From Eledone cirrhosa (taxonomy: Eukaryota), in the NCBI GenBank assembly GCA_964016885.1, contig OZ024741.1, forward strand, positions 387,438,001 through 387,502,000: 64,000 bases of DNA, in the 5' to 3' direction. The notes under the pieces were generated by a model, which worked only from the letters and a program-made list of their open reading frames with translations, ran no database searches and had not been told where the DNA came from. Shown here piece by piece: positions 38,603-52,849 of this stretch. Numbering within the stretch: the first letter of the stretch is position 1; each line of letters opens with the position of its first letter. The position numbers were made by a program, and so were the translations under genes.

Positions 38603-38955
38603 TGGAGGCACATGGCTTAGTGGTTAGAGCATTGGCCTTGCAATCAAAAGGTTGTGAGTTCAATTCTCAGACCGGGTGATGTGTTGTTTCCTTGAGCAAG
38701 ACACTTTATTTCACATTGCTCCAGTTTACTCAGCTGTAGAAATGAGATGATAGGGACTGGGGTCCCTATCATTCCACTGTAAAGTGGTCGTGGAGGTGCC
38801 ACGGTAAAGAGGCACCCAGCACTCACTGTAAATGAGGTTGGTGTTAGGAAGGGCATCCAGCTGTAGAAATCAAGCCAGAATCAGTTCCCGTCCCACCCTT
38901 GCAAGCAGGGAAAAAGCGGACGTAAAAAAAAAAAAAAAAATGAAATGTTGATGAT
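38603..38955 (+). mobile_element. Full tRNA-derived CORE-SINE with RTE-A-derived 3' tail
   Basis: A box TGGCTTAGTGG, B box GAGTTCAATTC. CORE-like CCTTGAGCAAGACACTT...CAGCTGTAGAAATG. Tail shared with the RTE-A 3' UTR. Confidence 0.85.
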
Positions 38956-38956
38956 A

Positions 38957-38992
<36 letters not shown>

Positions 38993-39495
38993 TGTATGTA
39001 TGTATATATATATATATATATATATATAAGGATTTTGTAGTTTTCTTGAAGCATTGTGTTATTGTATAAAGTAGTATGTCAATTGAAGGCTCTGACAATA
39101 CAAAATGGAGAGTAGATTTCATGATAAATTAAAGTCAACAAAGATGTTGATGCGTCACCTGTTATTTTACTTACCTGTCCTAATACTTTGGGTCTAAAAA
39201 CCCTTCATTAGAAGACTATGATAAGAAACTAGCTTGACGTTTGTGCTTTTGTTGGTGTTATTAGAAGAAAAATGGTCATCCGATAACAACAAAATCACAA
39301 AGGTTGCAGTACGGTAGTCTGGACATGTACTCTCTCCAAGTCTTCTTTAACCAATACATACTTTCTTTTCTAAGATGGTAAATAGGGATTTGAGGAAGAT
39401 TTGGTTGCTATTTCTAGTAAATCAAATGGCCACATAGTCAAAATAGGAGGATTAAATTTTTCATTTAAGAATTCTTATATATTATGCCTTTTAAG

Positions 39496-39592
39496 GTGAA
39501 AGCCAAATTGAAGTTCGTCTTTTGTTACCATGGAGAGAATATGCTCGCATTGAATACATCGCTACAGCAACATGGCCTTTGTCTCCCAACAA
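39496..39592 (+). CDS. SZT2: Internal coding exon of an SZT2-like gene (KICSTOR subunit), 97 nt, phase 1 to 2
   Basis: TTTTAAG| acceptor and |GTAAGT donor. Reads (G)ESQIEVRLLLPWREYARIEYIATATWPLSPN, resembling my recollection of human SZT2 ([28 protein letters not shown]). In phase with the next exon. Confidence 0.85.
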
Positions 39593-40099
39593 GTAAGTTG
39601 ATGTCATTGTATTCTAAATAGTAACTAAGTCATTTTCTGTAGTTTCTTGTTGAAAAATGTAATCATGTATTTAGCATATGTAATCATTTTCAATAAAAAT
39701 CTGTCCCATACACTAGTAAACACTCTCTCAATAGAGGAATAGTCTATTGTCTTCAAAAGAAAGAGGGTCTGTCCTTTACACTAGTGTAATAAATAGTATC
39801 TGTCCCTCAATAGAGGAATAGCTCTATTGACTTCAAAAGAGAGGGGATCTATCCCATACCTTTGTATAACATGTTGTGCTCTCATCCTGTTCCATGTCAT
39901 CTCTTTGACGTAAATACCCACGTAGTTAAAAAAAAGAAGAAATTCCAGCCATGAAAAGATAAGACTATTGAAGCTATATTTTGAATTAACTTTCTCTTTC
40001 TCAGGTTCCCCATTCAAATATTTCAATGTTCTATGTATTTTTAAATGCTTCCATCTCTCTCGAAGTAAAACCCAGTAGCTGTTTGGCCAGAGTTGTCTT

Positions 40100-40636
40100 A
40101 TAACTGTGCCACCCAGTTCCACACTGTAAACATGCTTGGCTGTAGAGAGGGCACCCAGCAGCCGTACAAACCCAGCCTAAACATGGCCCCACTATGAGCA
40201 AGGCATGGTGCAGCCAACCTTTGAAATGAGACCACCCAACTCCTAAAATATGGTTCCACTGTGAGCAGAGTATGGCACGGCCAGCTGGCCAGACCCACTT
40301 CATCATTCTGCCACCCAGTTCCACACTAAACGTGATTGGTGTTAGGAAGGGCATCTAGCAGCTGCAAAAAATCCCAGCCAACACACAGTCCTGATAGATG
40401 TAAGGTATGACATGGGCTTAGACCAGACTTGCCTCAACCAGACCACCCAGTTCCACACTGTAAACGTGATTGGTGTTAAGAAGGGCATCCAGCTGTAAAA
40501 ATCCTAGTCAAAATACAGTTCTGTTTGAGCAAAGTACAGTGTGGCCAACTGGCCAGACTTGTATCATCACATGGATAACCCGTCTGACTCATGCAAGCAT
40601 GGAAAATAGATGCTAAACGGTGATGATGATGATGAT
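40100..40636 (+). mobile_element. Degenerate element built of tandem RTE 3'-UTR modules, with GAT tail
   Basis: CCACCCAGTTCCACACT(GT)AAAC occurs three times (about 40108, 40311, 40443), each followed by an AGGGCA motif. RTE-type terminal stem-loop and (GAT)n at 40620-40636. Confidence 0.7.
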
Positions 40637-40776
40637 AGCATGTCTTTTCATAAAGGAATTGCTCAATTGACTTCAAAAGAGGGAATGGGTTTTGACATTC
40701 ATACCTTTGTCATTAACATCAACAGTGTCATTGAAATGAAATATTTATTATTAAGAATGGAAACTCTATCACAGGT

Positions 40777-43700
40777 TTGGTTTACTTACAGCTTACATAC
40801 TATTTTATTGGTTTACTTACAGCTTACATACTATTTTATTGGTTTACTTACATCTTACATACTATTTTATTGGTTTACTTACAGCTTACATACTATTTTA
40901 TTGGTTTACTTACAGCTTATTTACTATTTTATTGGTTTACTTACAGCTTACATACTATTTTATTGGTTTACTTACATCTTACATACTATTTTATTGGTTT
41001 ACCTACAGCTTACATACTATTTTATTGATTTACTTACAGCTTACATACTATTTTATTGGTTTACCTACAGCTTACATACTATTTTATTGGTTTACTTACA
41101 TCTTACATACTATTCTATTGGTTTACCTACATCTTACATACTATTTTATTGATTTACTTACAGCTTACATACTATTTTATTGGTTTACCTACAGCTTACA
41201 TACTATTTTATTGGTTTACTTACATCTTACATACTATTCTATTGGTTTACCTACATCTTACATACTATTTTATTGGTTTACTTACAGCTTACATACTATT
41301 TTATTGGTTCACTTACAGCTTACATACTATTTTATTGATTTACTTACAGCTTACATACTATTTTATTGGTTTACTTACAGCTTACATACTATTTTATTGG
41401 TTTACCTACAGCTTACATACTATTTTATTGGTTCACTTACAGCTTACATACTATTTTATTGGTTTACTTACATCTTACATACTATTTTATTGATTTACTT
41501 ACAGCTTATTTACTATTTTATTGGTTTACTTACATCTTACATACTATTTTATTGATTTACTTACAGCTTACATACTATTTTATTGGTTTACTTACAGCTT
41601 ACATACTATTTTATTGGTTTACCTACAGCTTACATACTATTTTATTGGTTTACTTACAGCTTATTTACTATTTTATTGGTTTACTTACAGCTTATATACT
41701 ATTTTATTGGTTTACTTACATCTTACATACTATTTTATTGGTTTACTTACAGCTTACATACTATTTTATTGGTTTACTTACAGCTTATATACTATTTTAT
41801 TGGTTTACTTACATCTTACATACTATTTTATTGATTTACTTACAGCTTACATACTATTTTATTGGTTTACTTACAGCTTACATACTATTTTATTGGTTTA
41901 CCTACATCTTACATACTATTTTATTGGTTTACTTACAGCTTATTTACTATTTTATTGGTTTACTTACCGCTTACATACTATTTTATTGGTTTACTTACAT
42001 CTTACATACTATTTTATTGGTTTACTTACAGCTTACATACTATTTTATTGGTTTACTTACATCTTACATACTATTTTATTGATTTACTTACAGCTTACAT
42101 ACTATTTTATTGATTTACTTACAGCTTACATACTATTTTATTGATTTACTTACATCTTACATACTATTTTATTGATTTACTTACATCTTACATACTATTT
42201 TATTGATTTACTTACAGCTTACATACTATTTTATTGGTTTACCTACAGCTTACATACTATTTTATTGGTTCACTTACAGCTTACATACTATTTTATTGAT
42301 TTACTTACAGCTTACATACTATTTTATTGGTTTACTTACAGCTTACATACTATTTTATTGGTTTACCTACAGCTTATATACTATTTTATTGGTTTACCTA
42401 CAGCTTACATACTATTTTATTGGTTTACTTACATCTTACATACTATTTTATTGATTTACTTACAGCTTACATACTATTTTATTGGTTTACCTACATCTTA
42501 CATACTATTTTATTGGTTCACTTACAGCTTACATACTATTTTATTGGTTTACTTACAGCTTACATACTATTTTATTGGTTTATATACAGCTTACATACTA
42601 TTTGATTGGTTTACTTACATCTTACATACTATTTTATTGGTTCACTTACAGCTTACATACTATTTTATTGGTTTACCTACAGCTTACATACTATTTTATT
42701 GGTTTACCTACATCTTACATACTATTTTATTGGTTTACCTACAGCTTACATACTATTTTATTGGTTTACTTACAGCTTATTTACTATTTTATTGGTTTAC
42801 TTACATCTTACATACTATTTTATTGATTTACTTACAGCTTACATACTATTTTATTGGTTTACTTACAGCTTACATACTATTTTATTGGTTTACCTACAGC
42901 TTACATACTATTTTATTGGTTTACTTACAGCTTATTTACTATTTTATTGGTTTACTTACAGCTTATATACTATTTTATTGGTTTACTTACATCTTACATA
43001 CTATTTTATTGGTTTACTTACAGCTTACATACTATTTTATTGGTTTACTTACAGCTTATATACTATTTTATTGGTTTACTTACATCTTACATACTATTTT
43101 ATTGATTTACTTACAGCTTACATACTATTTTATTGGTTTACTTACAGCTTACATACTATTTTATTGGTTTACCTACATCTTACATACTATTTTATTGGTT
43201 TACTTACAGCTTATTTACTATTTTATTGGTTTACTTACCGCTTACATACTATTTTATTGGTTTACTTACATCTTACATACTATTTTATTGGTTTACTTAC
43301 AGCTTACATACTATTTTATTGGTTTACTTACATCTTACATACTATTTTATTGATTTACTTACAGCTTACATACTATTTTATTGATTTACTTACAGCTTAC
43401 ATACTATTTTATTGATTTACTTACATCTTACATACTATTTTATTGATTTACTTACATCTTACATACTATTTTATTGATTTACTTACAGCTTACATACTAT
43501 TTTATTGGTTTACCTACAGCTTACATACTATTTTATTGGTTCACTTACAGCTTACATACTATTTTATTGATTTACTTACAGCTTACATACTATTTTATTG
43601 GTTTACTTACAGCTTACATACTATTTTATTGGTTTACCTACAGCTTATATACTATTTTATTGGTTTACCTACAGCTTACATACTATTTTATTGGTTTACT

Positions 43701-46700
43701 TACATCTTACATACTATTTTATTGATTTACTTTCAGCTTACATACTATTTTATTGGTTTACCTACATCTTACATACTATTTTATTGGTTCACTTACAGCT
43801 TACATACTATTTTATTGGTTTACTTACAGCTTACATACTATTTTATTGGTTTATATACAGCTTACATACTATTTGATTGGTTTACTTACATCTTACATAC
43901 TATTTTATTGGTTCACTTACAGCTTACATACTATTTTATTGGTTTACCTACAGCTTACATACTATTTTATTGGTTTACCTACATCTTACATACTATTTTA
44001 TTGGTTTACCTACAGCTTACATACTATTTTATTGGTTTACTTACAGCTTACATACTATTTTATTGGTTTACTTACAGCTTACATACTATTTTATTGGTTT
44101 ACCTACAGCTTACATACTATTTTATTGGTTTACCTACATCTTACATACTATTTTATTGGTTTACCTACAGCTTACATACTATTTTATTGGTTTACTTACA
44201 TCTTACATACTATTTTATTGGTTTACCTACAGCTTACATACTATTTTATTGGTTTACTTACATCTTACATACTATTTTATTGGTTCACTTACAGCTTATT
44301 TACTATTTTATTGGTTTACTTACATCTTACATACTATTTTATTGGTTTACTTACAGCTTACATACTATTTTATTGGTTTACTTACAGCTTACATACTATT
44401 TTATTGGTTTACCTACATCTTACATACTATTTTATTGGTTTACTTACAGCTTATTTACTATTTTATTGGTTTACTTACAGCTTACATACTATTTTATTGG
44501 TTTACTTACATCTTACATACTATTTTATTGGTTTACTTTCAGCTTACATACTATTTTATTGGTTTACTTACATCTTACATACTATTTTATTGATTTACTT
44601 ACAGCTTACATACTATTTTATTGATTTACTTACAGCTTACATACTATTTTATTGATTTACTTACATCTTACATACTATTTTATTGATTTACTTACATCTT
44701 ACATACTATTTTATTGATTTACTTACAGCTTACATACTATTTTATTGGTTTACCTACAGCTTACATACTATTTTATTGGTTCACTTACAGCTTACATACT
44801 ATTTTATTGATTTACTTACAGCTTACATACTATTTTATTGGTTTACTTACAGCTTACATACTATTTTATTGGTTTACCTACAGCTTATATACTATTTTAT
44901 TGGTTTACCTACAGCTTACATACTATTTTATTGGTTTACTTACATCTTACATACTATTTTATTGATTTACTTACAGCTTACATACTATTTTATTGGTTTA
45001 CCTACATCTTACATACTATTTTATTGGTTCACTTACAGCTTACATACTATTTTATTGGTTTACTTACAGCTTACATACTATTTTATTGGTTTATATACAG
45101 CTTACATACTATTTGATTGGTTTACTTACATCTTACATACTATTTTATTGGTTCACTTACAGCTTACATACTATTTTATTGGTTTACCTACAGCTTACAT
45201 ACTATTTTATTGGTTTACCTACATCTTACATACTATTTTATTGGTTTACCTACAGCTTACATACTATTTTATTGGTTCACTTACAGCTTATTTACTATTT
45301 TATTGGTTTACTTACATCTTACATACTATTTTATTGGTTTACCTACAGTTTACATACTATTTTATTGGTTTACTTAGATCTTACATACTATTTTATTGGT
45401 TTACTTACATCTTACATACTATTTTATTGGTTTACCTACAGCTTACATACTATTTTATTGGTTCACTTACAGCTTACATACTATTTTATTGGTTTACTTA
45501 CATCTTACATACTATTTTATTGGTTTACTTACATCTTACATACTATTTTATTGGTTTACTTACATCTTACATACTATTTTATTGGTTTACTTACATCTTA
45601 CATACTATTTTATTGGTTTACTTACATCTTACATACTATTTTATTGGTTTACCTACATCTTACATACTATTTTATTGGTTTACCTACATCTTACATACTA
45701 TTTTATTGGTTTACCTACAGCTTACATACTATTTTATTGGTTTACCTACATCTTACATACTATTTTATTGGTTTACCCACAGCTTACATACTATTTTATT
45801 GGTTTACTTAGATCTTACATACTATTTTATTGGTTTACCTACAGCTTACATCCTATTTTATTGGTTTACTTAGATCTTACATACTATTTTATTGGTTTAC
45901 TTACAGCTTACATACTATTTTATTGGTTTACCTACAGCTTACATACTATTCTATTGGTTTACCTACATCTTACATACTATTTTATTGGTTTACCTACAGC
46001 TTACATACTATTTTATTGGTTTACTTACAGCTTACATACTATTTTATTGGTTTACTTACAGCTTACATACTATTTTATTGGTTTACCTACAGCTTACATA
46101 CTATTTTATTGGTTTACCTACATCTTACATACTATTTTATTGGTTTACCTACATCTTACATACTATTTTATTGGTTTACCTACAGCTTACATACTATTTT
46201 ATTGGTTTACTTACATCTTACATACTATTTTATTGGTTTACCTACAGCTTACATACTATTTTATTGGTTTACTTACATCTTGCATACTATTTTATTGGTT
46301 CACTTACAGCTTACATACTATTTTATTGGTTCACTTACAGCTTACATACTATTTTATTGATTTACTTACAGCTTACATACTATTTTATTGGTTTACTTAC
46401 AGCTTACATACTATTTTATTGGTTTACCTACAGCTTATATACTATTTTATTGGTTTACCTACAGCTTACATACTATTTTATTGGTTTACTTACATCTTAC
46501 ATACTATTTTATTGATTTACTTACAGCTTACATACTATTTTATTGGTTTACCTACATCTTACATACTATTTTATTGGTTCACTTACAGCTTACATACTAT
46601 TTTATTGGTTTACTTACAGCTTACATACTATTTTATTGGTTTATATACAGCTTACATACTATTTGATTGGTTTACTTACATCTTACATACTATTTTATTG

Positions 46701-49700
46701 GTTCACTTACAGCTTACATACTATTTTATTGGTTTACCTACAGCTTACATACTATTTTATTGGTTTACCTACAGCTTACATACTATTTTATTGGTTTACT
46801 TACAGCTTATTTACTATTTTATTGGTTTACTTACATCTTACATACTATTTTATTGATTTACTTACAGCTTACATACTATTTTATTGGTTTACTTACAGCT
46901 TACATACTATTTTATTGGTTTACCTACAGCTTACATACTATTTTATTGGTTTACTTACAGCTTATTTACTATTTTATTGGTTTACTTACAGCTTATATAC
47001 TATTTTATTGGTTTACTTACATCTTACATACTATTTTATTGGTTTACTTACAGCTTACATACTATTTTATTGGTTTACTTACAGCTTATATACTATTTTA
47101 TTGGTTTACTTACAGCTTATTTACTATTTTATTGGTTTACTTACCGCTTACATACTATTTTATTGGTTTACTTACATCTTACATACTATTTTATTGGTTT
47201 ACTTACAGCTTACATACTATTTTATTGGTTTACTTACATCTTACATACTATTTTATTGATTTACTTACAGCTTACATACTATTTTATTGATTTACTTACA
47301 GCTTACATACTATTTTATTGATTTACTTACATCTTACATACTATTTTATTGATTTACTTACATCTTACATACTATTTTATTGATTTACTTACATCTTACA
47401 TACTATTTTATTGATTTACTTACAGCTTACATACTATTTTATTGGTTCACTTACAGCTTACATACTATTTTATTGATTTACTTACAGCTTACATACTATT
47501 TTATTGGTTTACTTACAGCTTACATACTATTTTATTGGTTTACCTACAGCTTATATACTATTTTATTGGTTTACCTACAGCTTACATACTATTTTATTGG
47601 TTTACTTACATCTTACATACTATTTTATTGATTTACTTTCAGCTTACATACTATTTTATTGGTTTACCTACATCTTACATACTATTTTATTGGTTAACTT
47701 ACAGCTTACATACTATTTTATTGGTTTACTTACAGCTTACATACTATTTTATTGGTTTATATACAGCTTACATACTATTTGATTGGTTTACTTACATCTT
47801 ACATACTATTTTATTGGTTCACTTACAGCTTACATACTATTTTATTGGTTTACCTACAGCTTACATACTATTTTATTGGTTTACCTACATCTTACATACT
47901 ATTTTATTGGTTTACCTACAGCTTACATACTATTTTATTGGTTTACTTACAGCTTACATACTATTTTATTGGTTTACCTACAGCTTACATACTATTTTAT
48001 TGGTTTACCTACATCTTACATACTATTTTATTGGTTTACCTACAGCTTACATACTATTTTATTGGTTTACTTACATCTTACATACTATTTTATTGGTTTA
48101 CCTACAGCTTACATACTATTTTATTGGTTTACTTACATCTTACATACTATTTTATTGGTTCACTTACAGCTTATTTACTATTTTATTGGTTTACTTACAT
48201 CTTACATACTATTTTATTGGTTTACTTACAGCTTACATACTATTTTATTGGTTTACTTACAGCTTACATACTATTTTATTGGTTTACCTACATCTTACAT
48301 ACTATTTTATTGGTTTACTTACAGCTTACATACTATTTTATTGGTTTACTTACATCTTACATACTATTTTATTGGTTTACTTACAGCTTACATACTATTT
48401 TATTGGTTTACTTACATCTTACATACTATTTTATTGATTTACTTACAGCTTACATACTATTTTATTGATTTACTTACAGCTTACATACTATTTTATTGAT
48501 TTACTTACATCTTACATACTATTTTATTGATTTACTTACATCTTACATACTATTTTATTGATTTACTTACAGCTTACATACTATTTTATTGGTTTACCTA
48601 CAGCTTACATACTATTTTATTGGTTCACTTACAGCTTACATACTATTTTATTGATTTACTTACAGCTTACATACTATTTTATTGGTTTACTTACAGCTTA
48701 CATACTATTTTATTGGTTTACCTACAGCTTATATACTATTTTATTGGTTTACTTACATCTTACATACTATTTTATTGATTTACTTACAGCTTACATACTA
48801 TTTTATTGGTTTACCTACATCTTACATACTATTTTATTGGTTCACTTACAGCTTACATACTATTTTATTGGTTTACTTACAGCTTACATACTATTTTATT
48901 GGTTTATATACAGCTTACATACTATTTGATTGGTTTACTTACATCTTACATACTATTTTATTGGTTCACTTACAGCTTACATACTATTTTATTGGTTTAC
49001 CTACAGCTTACATACTATTTTATTGGTTTACCTACATCTTACATACTATTTTATTGGTTTACCTACAGCTTACATACTATTTTATTGGTTCACTTACAAC
49101 TTATTTACTATTTTATTGGTTTACTTACATCTTACATACTATTTTATTGGTTTACCTACAGTTTACATACTATTTTATTGGTTTACTTAGATCTTACATA
49201 CTATTTTATTGGTTTACTTACATCTTACATACTATTTTATTGGTTTACCTACAGCTTACATACTATTTTATTGGTTCACTTACAGCTTACATACTATTTT
49301 ATTGGTTTACTTACATCTTACATACTATTTTATTGGTTTACTTACATCTTACATACTATTTTATTGGTTTACTTACATCTTACATACTATTTTATTGGTT
49401 TACTTACATCTTACATACTATTTTATTGGTTTACCTACATCTTACATACTATTTTATTGGTTTACCTACATCTTACATACTATTTTATTGGTTTACCTAC
49501 AGCTTACATACTATTTTATTGGTTTACCTACATCTTACATACTATTTTATTGGTTTACCCACAGCTTACATACTATTTTATTGGTTTACTTAGATCTTAC
49601 ATACTATTTTATTGGTTTACCTACAGCTTACATCCTATTTTATTGGTTTACTTAGATCTTACATACTATTTTATTGGTTTACTTACAGCTTACATACTAT

Positions 49701-51965
49701 TTTATTGGTTTACCTACAGCTTACATACTATTCTATTGGTTTACCTACATCTTACATACTATTTTATTGGTTTACCTACATCTTACATACTATTTTATTG
49801 GTTTACCTACAGCTTACATACTATTTTATTGGTTTACTTACAGCTTACATACTATTTTATTGGTTTACTTACAGCTTACATACTATTTTATTGGTTTACC
49901 TACAGCTTACATACTATTTTATTGGTTTACCTACATCTTACATACTATTTTATTGGTTTACCTACAGCTTACATACTATTTTATTGGTTTACTTACATCT
50001 TACATACTATTTTATTGGTTTACCTACAGCTTACATACTATTTTATTGGTTTACTTACATCTTACATACTATTTTATTGGTTCACTTACAGCTTATTTAC
50101 TATTTTATTGGTTTACTTACATCTTACATACTATTTTATTGGTTTACCTACAGTTTACATACTATTTTATTGGTTTACTTAGATCTTACATACTATTTTA
50201 TTGGTTTACTTACATCTTACATACTATTTTGTTGGTTTACCTACAGCTTACATACTATTTTATTGGTTCACTTACAGCTTACATACTATTTTATTGGTTT
50301 ACTTACATCTTACATACTATTTTATTGGTTTACTTACATCTTACATACTATTTTATTGGTTTACTTACATCTTACATACTATTTTATTGGTTTACTTACA
50401 TCTTACATACTATTTTATTGGTTTACCTACATCTTACATACTATTTTATTGGTTTACCTACATCTTACATACTATTTTATTGGTTTACCTACAGCTTACA
50501 TACTATTTTATTGGTTTACCTACATCTTACATACTATTTTATTGGTTTACCCACAGCTTACATACTATTTTATTGGTTTACTTAGATCTTACATACTATT
50601 TTATTGGTTTACCTACAGCTTACATCCTATTTTATTGGTTTACTTAGATCTTACATACTATTTTATTGGTTTACTTACAGCTTACATACTATTTTATTGG
50701 TTTACTTACAGCTTACATACTATTTTATTGGTTTACTTACAGCTTACATACTATTTTATTGGTTTACTTACAGCTTACATACTATTTTATTGGTTTACTT
50801 ACAGCTTATATACTATTTTATTGGTTTACCTACATCTTACATACTATTTTATTGGTTTACCTACAGCTTACATACTATTTTATTGGTTTACCTACAGCTT
50901 ACATACTATTTTATTGGTTTACCTACAGCTTACATCCTATTTTATTGGTTTACTTAGATCTTACATACTATTTTATTGGTTTACTTACAGCTTACATACT
51001 ATTTTATTGGTTTACTTACAGCTTACATACTATTTTATTGGTTTACTTACATCTTACATACTATTTTATTGGTTTACTTACAGCTTACATACTATTTTAT
51101 TGGTTTACTTACAGCTTATATACTATTTTATTGGTTTACCTACATCTTACATACTATTTTATTGGTTTACCTACAGCTTACATACTATTTTATTGGTTCA
51201 CTTACAGCTTACATACTATTTTATTGGTTTACTTACATCTTACATACTATTTTGGTTTACTTACAGCTTATATACTATTTTATTGATTTACCTACATCTT
51301 ACATACTATTTTATTGGTTTACTTACAGCTTACATACTATTTTATTGGTTTACTTACAGCTTACATACTATTTTATTGGTTTACTTACAGCTTACATACT
51401 ATTTTATTGGTTTACCTACAGCTTACATACTATTTTAATGATTTACTTAGATCTTACATACTATTTTATTGGTTTACTTAGATCTTACATACTATTTTAT
51501 TGGTTTACTTACAGCTTACATACTATTTTATTGGTTTACTTACAGCTTACATACTATTTTATTGGTTTACTTACAGCTTACATACTATTTTATTGTTTAC
51601 TTACAGCTTACATACTATTTTATTGGTTTACTTACATCTTACATACTATTTTATTGGTTTACTTACAGCTTACATACTATTTTATTGGTTTACTTACAGC
51701 TTACATACTATTTTATTGGTTTACTTAGATCTTACATACTATTTTATTGGTTTACTTAGATCTTACATACTATTTTATTGGTTTACTTACAGCTTATATA
51801 CTATTTTATTGGTTTACCTACAGCTTACATACTATTTTATTGATTTACTTACAGCTTACATACTATTTTATTGGTTTACCTACAGCTTACATACTATTTT
51901 ATTGATTTACTTACAGCTTACATACTATTTTATTGGTTTACTTACAGCTTACATACTATTTTATT
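40777..51965. repeat. 31-bp tandem satellite, about 361 units, consensus TTGGTTTACTTACAGCTTACATACTATTTTA, with higher-order repeats
   Basis: Direct reading. A rare variant pair recurs at spacings of 1271, 1240, 1550, 1116 and 1147 bp (41, 40, 50, 36 and 37 units). Confidence 0.98.
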
Positions 51966-52032
51966 ATGCTTTTCATTTTATGATTCGTATTCCGATATTG
52001 AAATGGCAATATTTTTGTTTCTTTTTATACAG

Positions 52033-52167
52033 GCGTTACACTCGTGTAGAAATAATAATTGAAGGCAGCTATGACTTTCTTCATGAGATGACTTGTACTG
52101 ACAAGCGTCCATCTAAAAGCCCATTCCGCACTGCTCACGTCAAAAAATACTGGCAATCTTTACAAAA
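52033..52167 (+). CDS. SZT2: Internal coding exon of SZT2-like gene, 135 nt, phase 2 to 2
   Basis: TTTTTATACAG| acceptor and |GTGAGT donor. Reads (K)RYTRVEIIIEGSYDFLHEMTCTDKRPSKSPFRTAHVKKYWQSLQ, resembling recalled SZT2 TRVEVTMEGGYDILHDVSC...RTHVIRRFWNTLQ. Confidence 0.87.
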
Positions 52168-52249
52168 GTGAGTTTAGAAATTGCTATAGTTACATTTTCA
52201 ATTGATTATTATACTTATCATGGAATATTTTTTGAGGCAATACTTTATG

Positions 52250-52615
52250 GGTGGATGCCCTTCCTGGTGCCAACTTGTTTAGTTGCCTCTTACGATATGC
52301 AGAGATATGGTGTACTTATTTTAAACTGGATTCCTGGGAGGGTGGTGGGACAGAGTCCTCAAGTACTCCTTCCAATGGGACCTGTCAGAAGCAACTGTCT
52401 CTATTTGATCTGGCTGAATCCCCAAGCGAGACCAGCTAAGCTTGTGGATGTTATTCAACCATCTTGCTCGGGATCTGCCGCTGCTGCGTCTCTTGCTGGC
52501 TGGTTTTATCTGTAAAATCTGTCGAGCAATTCTTTCCTGAGACATTCTAACCACATGTCCATAATATCAGAGCTGTTATCTCTTAATTCAGAGAAGTTGG
52601 TTGCTGTCAAATATC
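52250..52615 (-). mobile_element. Old RTE-clade 3' fragment (third family)
   Basis: Minus frame YYGHVVRMSQERIARQIL...GRSRARW...DRSHW. GGATGCCCTTCCT motif at about 52254. Confidence 0.7.
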
Positions 52616-52849
52616 CAAATCTTGCAGTTTATTTGGGAGAAAGACATTTTACCTTCCTTCTTTGCTTAATATTATTAAAAAAAAAATTATATCGAGGGCC
52701 ATATTATTTATAAGGCAGATGACGCTGAAGCCTAGGGACCATGCAGGTACTAGGGATAGATATATTTTTGCTGTCATCAACTGTAGTAGGGTGAGAGGGG
52801 GCTCCTGAAATAACTGGCCATGAGTTAATGTCTCAGGTTACATCTAAAA

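Noticed and set aside
38603-38675. tRNA gene
   Set aside because: A and B boxes are present, but the sequence runs into the CORE domain and LINE tail. It is a SINE head.
38747-38772. Resemblance to the tet operator (TCCCTATCA)
   Set aside because: Part of a multi-copy SINE hairpin. The arrangement differs from tetO and there is no vector context.
40610-51965. Long hydrophobic ORFs (VYLQLTYYFIGLLTAYILFYWFTYSLHTILL)n suggesting a membrane repeat protein
   Set aside because: A 31-nt unit cycles through all three frames. Common variants (TGA, TAG) insert stops freely, and the array lies in an intron.
40777-51965. CRISPR-like array (31-bp repeat)
   Set aside because: Units are head-to-tail with no unique spacers, there are no cas genes, and the context is eukaryotic.
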